Both the position numbers and the translations under genes were made by a program. The notes under the pieces are model-generated. The model did not search any database. It was not told where the DNA came from and worked only from the letters and a program-made list of their open reading frames with translations. Shown piece by piece: positions 57,201-64,000 of a stretch of DNA of 64,000 nt. Numbering within the stretch: position 1 is the stretch's first letter; every line of letters begins with the position of its first letter. Origin of the DNA: Eledone cirrhosa (lineage: Eukaryota). The stretch spans positions 249,178,001-249,242,000 of the forward strand of contig OZ024740.1 in the NCBI GenBank assembly GCA_964016885.1, written 5' to 3'.

Positions 57201-60200
57201 TCTATATAAATAAAATTCAAATAGTGTCCGTCCGTGTGTCAGTCCACTCATGAGATGAATGAATTAAAATGAAGGAATCCACAGTATATCCATGAGCGTA
57301 CCCAAGATGCACTTACATATGTCAGACACTATGGTCGTCCAAACCTTTTTTATACATTCACATGTAAGCCAACATGGCATGAATTAAAGAGTGAACTTTA
57401 TCATCATAAAAAACCCAAAGATCACCATGATATTATTGCTAGGGTGTTCAGACTTAAAGTCATAAAGCTGATGGGTCTCTAAAAAAAGGTGAAATCTTTG
57501 GACCAGTCAAATGTGACACACAGTTGAATGGCAAAAACAAGGATCACTATATGCTTACATTTTGATTTGGTTACATAATATCCTTTGCTGCATGAAATTT
57601 GTCAAGTCACAGATGATTCATGAGCCCTGTGGTTCAATTAATCCATCCTCTCCATGCATGAAAGATAAAAGGTGTACCAAGAACTACCCTCGTCCCCCTG
57701 TACAATAAATGAAAACTGGAAAAGATGGCTACCCCATTTACAGAACAAGAAAATCTGGGCTGGGTGGATTCACTTCGAAAATAAAATGAGAAATGGGCAA
57801 GAATTCATCACTGACAATCTTCTTACAAACACTTTCAAAGCCCATATAAATGTTGATTTCTGCAACTCTGTTAAGTCTATTAAGTATGTTTGCAAATATG
57901 TAAACAAAGGGTTTAGATGCTACAAAATACACTCTTTTGCAGAACGTCAGTCAGCAGATAAACAAAAATGACAAAGTTGTACAATGAGGCTTTTTGGCAC
58001 ATCTTCAATTTTCCTGTTCATGAGAGGCACCCAGCCATCATTCAACTAATCCTTTTGCATGAAATACGTGGTCCCAAATCATTCCAAGATTTGAGATGTG
58101 TAAATGCTCGTGCGTTAAACTAAAAGAGAAGCATGCTACCAAAAAGGTTTGTTAGAAAATGATCATTGGGACCTTGCACTGAATGAAGCATCAGTGTCAG
58201 ATTCTCCAAGCAAACTTTAACCCTTATGCCAATATGCTGAACATGTGCTAAATTGGTAGTCCCCTACAACTTTCGATGAAACATCAAGAGGACATGGCTG
58301 GAGACTTAAAGTATGCAGTTCAACAGGCAAACCTAGGTATCAATTTCAGTTCTGTAAAGAAATTTTCAATCAACCATTGAGGGGGGGGGGGGGGGCAATA
58401 ATTTGCAAGCGTCTGATTCTGGATTGCCAAAAACAAACCATCATATTAGTAGTTTAACTTCAAGAGAAACAAATTATGACATCACATAGTTGGCTACTTT
58501 TGTGAATGAACATGAGCCTAAACGTTTTCCAGAACAACGCTGGGCATATGTTGAAATAATTTTGTCAGTCAGAAGAATTTTCTTTCTTGATACTCCAGGT
58601 GGCACAGGTTAAGTATTTGTAACAACACTGCTTCCCTCCAAGATAAGGCAGCAAAAAAGAATTGCACTTGCTGTAGCATCGTCTATATTGCTGCCACCCT
58701 TCTCCCAAGAGGACGAACAGCTCATTCTGCTTTTAAATTACTGCTAAACCTAGTCACAAATGACACTCTAATTTGTAACATAAGCAAAGGCTCAGGTTCA
58801 GCAGAAGTGTTGTGCCAATGTCACCTGATCATTTGAGATGAATGCACCACAAATGTGACATAGAGGAGCAATGGAATCTCTTGATAAGACTTTACAGGAC
58901 ATAAGAGGAAACAATACATCTATGGGAGGAGTTACATTAGCTTTATCAGGACACTTCAGACAGACATTACCAGTCATTCTGACAGGAACAAGACCTGGTA
59001 AAATAAAAGCATGCATTAAGTCTTCACAGATATAGAATAAAGTACAGAATTTCTCCTTCAATACTAACATGCAAGCTTTATTACACAGGGACCAATGTAC
59101 AGAACAGTTCTCAACCTGACTCCTTCAATTAGAAAATGGAACAGTACCAGTTTGATAGGAATGGTTGTATCAACTTGGCTCATATTGCTATCATAGTGGA
59201 TTCACCAGCTGAATTGAAGAACAGGGTATTTCCAGACTTAAATAATCCTTATAATTCACACAAATGGTTGTGTGAAAGGGCAATTATTGCTAAAAAAAAA
59301 TTAGACAATGGTAAGGATTAACCATGAGCTAATGAATAAGATTCCAACAGTCATTAAGGCGTACAAATCAGTTGATTCAGTCCTTGATGAAAATCAAGCT
59401 GTCCACTACCCTACAGAGTTTCTTAATTCTCTTGGGCCACCTGGAACTCCTCCACATAAACTTTTCCTGAAGTTTGGAGTCCCAATAATGCTTCCAAGAA
59501 ATTTAGATCCTCCTAAATTATGCAATGGGACAAGGTTGATTGTGAAGACATTAACACCTAATGTGATTGAAGCTACCACCATCACTTGGTGTGCCTCTAG
59601 GGAAAATATTTTCCTTTCAAGAATTCCAATCAAACCAACGGACATGCCAACGAACACAATTCCCAGTGTGACTTTGCTTTGCAATGTCTATCAATAAAGC
59701 TGAAGGTCAGACTTTGAAATTTACTTGCTTGCACTTAAGTTAACCTTGCTTTTCTCATGGCCAACTTTACTTTGGATGCTCCAGGGTGGGTAGTTTACAA
59801 GACTTATTTGTCTATGCTCCGAACCAGAAAACAAAGGCTGTTGTTTACCCAGAAGCTCTTAAGTAATTTCCTTCAACATGTGATAGAATTTATCTCCTCT
59901 CATAAAAGTGATAAATTTTTTATTAATTTTTGTATTATGAATTCAGAATTGATTTCATCATGTTCTTCAATTGAAGAATAAATAGAATTTAGAATAACAA
60001 ATTTCTAAACAACATGTTTTGCTTTCTTCTAATATATAAGGAACACTTTCATTTCTGAGCAATGCTGAGTGCCCCTGTTAGAGGGCCTGCGGTTGGCCCT
60101 TTATCTATTTGTATGTGTGCCTGTCTGTCGTACACAGCGCAAAGAGCTTTGTTTTGGTAACCTGTCTAGTTAGAAATGACAGCAAAATAAAACCTTAGCT

Positions 60201-60472
60201 TCTACCACACCCACACACAGATTGAGTTGTATCTATTTATGTATTACTCTTTCTGTCTCTATGTATTCCTATCTTTCTATCAACGTTGTGATAATTGATT
60301 TGGCTAGAAATGACAGCAAAATAAAACACTAGTTTCTACAACACACACACACACATTGATTTATACCTGTATATGTATTACTCTTTTTATCTTTATGTAT
60401 TCCTATCTATCTATCACCAACTACAGAATACAGAAAGCATTCTCCAAAGGAGATTGAACTGGATATGTCTAG
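57201..60472 (+). mobile_element. Helitron (decayed Rep-helicase, internally deleted) with both termini
   Basis: 5' TC at 57201, 3' CTAG at 60469-60472, A/T target with no TSD. Motifs YGRPNLF.TFTC, VEWQKQG, KSIKYVCKYVNKG, DTPGGTG, NLDPPKLCNGTRL and SINKAEGQT. Confidence 0.88.
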
Positions 60473-61721
60473 TAATTGAATAAAATTGAATAATTTTATT
60501 GATAAATATCACTAACACTTTGTAACAAGACTGTTAATAACACTTTGGTTAACTTTTAAGCCTCAACAAATGCTGTATTGAATTCATGACCAAGTGTCAG
60601 ATTTTCATCAAAAGTATATAAGAAGGAAGTTCACATCCACAATTTTCTAATGATATATAATTGTCCACAGAAAAAATGTATTTGACGTGAAAATGTTCAA
60701 GCAAACTGTGTGTATCGCCCCTTCCACAGAACTCTACAGGGATACCTATTAAATATATTGTAAAACTCCAAACATACGGAGAGGATTCAGTTTTATACCC
60801 TGTACCAGTGTATCAAAACTGAGCCCCCTACAGATAATGGATCACAATATAGCCATGTCTGAAAATGTATGGAAAGCCTGAGACAGCCTTATTTCATTCT
60901 TGATTATTTTAAAAATTAATTTAAAGTCATAAACTGCATTTCATTAAAAATATGGTCATAGCCTCTGGAACTGGTGCGAGGGAGGAGGGTATCTTCCAAC
61001 CAGAGATCTAGCCCTGAATGCTTAGAACAGAATGGACTCTACTAAAGGTAGCCACAGCAGAATTGGAACTCAGAACTCAAAGAGTCAGAACAAATAACAC
61101 AACATATCCGACACTCTATCAATTCCAAAGTAAGAAAACATACTAAGTCTCAATATTCAGCTGAATGTTGTTTCAACAGAAATCCCAGCATAAATGCAAA
61201 TTTTGGCAAACTAAAATCATTTCAACCATATACTTAGGTCTTATATTACCAACTATACATTACAATTTACTATCACGTTGCTGCAAAAACTATCTAATCA
61301 CTTGAAATAGTGTCAACAGAAGAGAGAGAGAGAGAGAGGGGGGGGGGGGCAATAATACAGAAAAACTGCTAACTGCTATAATTAAACTATCTCCTCGACT
61401 ATCTAGTTTCACAGTTGATGCATTAACCAACAGTCGCGCAAAAATTGGATTCAACTGCATAAACACGCATCAACTTGTCAGACAAGATATGAAGAGTTAT
61501 AGAACCAACTGGGTAGTCAATACATATAACAAAGTATTACATATTAGCTTGCTTATAGTTGTGAGTGAGTGTGCATGTGTGTGTGTATACATACATTTGG
61601 AAAACATATATATATTTATTTATTACCATAAGGGAGCTTCAGATAATTATATTGGCAGTAATTCTTCCTTGATTGAATATATCACTTCAAGGATTTTATT
61701 ATTATTATTATTATTATTATT

Positions 61722-61885
61722 ATGCTTTCCAGCATAGTTACGTCCTTTTACGATCTGAGTTCAAATCTCGCCGAGGTTCACTTTGCCTTTCATCCTTACG
61801 AGGTCGATAAAATAAAGTACCAGTAATGCACTGGGTAATTGCTGGCCTTGTGCCTAAAGTAGAAATAATAATTATTATTATTATT
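61722..61885 (+). mobile_element. 5'-truncated SINE family A in a (TTA)n tract
   Basis: Family consensus flanked by (tta)n. Confidence 0.85.
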
Positions 61886-61989
61886 CTAAAGAGCAGACAT
61901 GACTGTGTTGTTAAAAACTACTTTAGCCTTGGAGTGAACATGGCAAACAGAAATTATAAAAATAGCCTATCCCCCACACCACTACCCCC

Positions 61990-62240
61990 ATTGAACCTAA
62001 CAGCCATATCTTTTATGTTAGGGACTTTTTATGTTGCACTTCCACACGTCTTGTCTATGGACTGTAGTGCATGATATGCAAGGCCAAACACACTGGTTAG
62101 AGAGGCTGAACATCTACGAGACAACCATTTCCATACTGCCAGTCATTCCACAGATCAACTTACTGAACCCCAGACACAAGCCTCCAGTAGGAACAGGGTT
62201 TATTTTATTTCTAAATACATCCTATAGCCTTAATAAACCA
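61990..62240 (+). mobile_element. Decayed Penelope GIY-YIG 3' remnant
   Basis: CCTSTRLVYGL*CMICKAKHTG and FILFLNTSYSLN resemble a Neptune-type GIY-YIG. Confidence 0.4.
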
Positions 62241-62811
62241 CCCCTTTTCCTCTAATCTACTCTTCCCATTGCATCCAGTACCATTCCTCATCCACAAGCC
62301 CACACAGACCTATTCACACACACTTAGATACTTTACACATACAACAACAACAAATTTAACACACCTATAAATAAACAAACATGTAGAAAGACACACATCA
62401 GCACATATACACATGCGTTTCTTACTTAGGGTATAATAGTGTGTTTTTGTTTTTTATTTATTTCAACATATATATATAGGGAGCTCATAGATAGGACAAT
62501 ACACGGTTTTTCGTGGGGGTAAGTTTTTACTAATTTTCGTATTCTGAAAGACCAAAATACAACAAAAATTTTTGCTCATTGGAAGCCGGGAATGTTCTGA
62601 CAAAAGCTGTGGAAACTATAGAAATATCCATATATTCTTCCAGAGCAATCTCTCGATTTAAAAATATACATTTTACTCTTACTTGTCCGCCATTGCAAAA
62701 GGCCATATTCAAATTTTGAAAAGAGAGGAAAAGGGACAAGTGAACTATGAACTTGAACATCTCACTTCCCCCCCCCCCCCCCCCGGCCACCAGAATGACA
62801 ATAACAGCTAT

Positions 62812-63740
62812 ATTCGCTAGGTACTTCTCCTGTAGTTGTCGTACAATGAAAAGAGCGTCTGTGGTACTTTTGCCTGACACAAACCCGGACTGCATTTCAT
62901 CTAGATCAATTCTCTCTCTGATTAGTTGCGCTATTACTTTTTCCGTGACATTCATGACCTGGTCGATTAATTTAATGCCTCTATAGTTATACCTATCTAG
63001 GGCGTCTCCTTTACCCTTGTAACAGTTAATGATGATGCTGCTACGCCAGTCCTTCGGAACAACCCCATTCTGTATGACTTGGTTTACTATCCGGGAGACC
63101 ATCGTGTGTCCCACCGTTCCAGAGGCTTTCAGCATCTCAGCAACTATTTCCGAAGGCCCAGCCGCCTTACCCGCCTTCATATCTTTGATTGCCTTACTTA
63201 TTATACTACCTTCGACTAACACTGCTGGTCCCTCTATTGGATCGATGTGGGGGAGATTGTCTTTCTCCCATTTATTCTCTTCATTTAGAAGCCTTTCGTA
63301 GTGACTCTTCCAAGCTACCTTCTTATCGGCGTCAGTGATGGCAAGTACGCCTTCATCATTAAGTACACACTTCTCCCCGACAATATCACGGTTTTCCTTG
63401 ACACATTGCCTAGCAATCCTGAACACCTCACGTTTTTGGTCCTCGCGTTGTAGAACATGCTTGAACTTTCTTTCCTCTGCTTCCCTTCTTGCGAAGTACA
63501 CTTGTCTCCTAGCCACTTGATAGTCTTCTCTACTTCCCCCATCCCGCCATACTTTCCAAGCCTGCTTTTGGGCCTTAATTGACTCCTCCACCTTACTGTT
63601 CCACCACCATGTTACTCTCCTCCTACCTACAGGCCTGCTCCAGCCACAGACTTCGTCTGCCGCCGTCAGCAGGTTTGCCTTCAGGAATGTTCACTGTTCC
63701 TCTATATTATACGACTCTAATTGCTCTTCCTTACTGTCGA
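62812..63740 (-). mobile_element. RTE-clade LINE fragment
   Basis: WKSHYERLLN, GKAAGPS, KGKGDALDRYNYRGIKL and STTDALFIVRQLQEKY; the ORF reads through into unrelated sequence below 62812. Confidence 0.85.
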
Positions 63741-64000
63741 AAGCATCAAGTAATATGCTTTGAAATTTATTTCTGGCTGTGGGGTCCTTTAGCTTCCATA
63801 TATGAGGTCGCTAATTATCAGTCTATGTTGGGAGGTGCATTCTTCATGGGGGAGGGATTTAGTGTTAACAACAGACACTCTGTCACGTCTTCTGGTAAGG
63901 ATATAATCTACCTGGCTTGTATGTTCCCCCGATCTATAGGTGATCAAGTGATTGTCTCGTTTTTTGAAGTTAGTGTTACAGATAGTTAGGTTATTTGCGT

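Larger units (their letters stand above)
54824..60535 (+). mobile_element. Decayed piggyBac-like transposon with about 145-bp inverted repeats (54824-54969 vs 57111-57200 plus 60473-60535)
   Basis: Transposase remnants lie between inverted repeats; the right repeat is split by a Helitron. True termini and TTAA not located. Confidence 0.7.

Noticed and set aside
62530-63591. 353-aa novel fusion protein
   Set aside because: Truncated RTE frame reading through a poly-G run into unrelated DNA.

Overview
Gene-poor, AT-rich animal genomic DNA, probably a cephalopod/octopus judging by the SINE types and (TA)n density (inference). It is almost entirely transposable elements and microsatellites, with a 200-N gap at 53017-53216. 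1-14.7 kb: alternating array of plus-strand Tx1/L1-clade LINEs and minus-strand R4/Dong RLE-type retrotransposons meeting at (ATT)n tracts. 16.8-50.6 kb: Penelope-like element (PLE) territory with a Neptune-type element, two Naiad-type elements, RTE remnants, tRNA-derived SINEs, many inverted duplications, and about 25 type I hammerhead ribozyme motifs read by eye in about 8 families. The most notable is a homogeneous 5 x 309-310 bp hammerhead tandem array with an inverted copy (36291-38103), a candidate retrozyme/circRNA locus. Recurrent non-canonical hammerhead cores (CAGAAGA, CCGANGA) also occur. 51.8-52.9 kb: spliced SGNH-esterase remnant converging on a BACK-like exon. Right of the gap: decayed piggyBac whose inverted repeat is split by a complete Helitron with an apparent 3' end-bypass, plus RTE and Penelope remnants. 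No intact host gene is evident. All ribozyme and structure calls are manual and untested.
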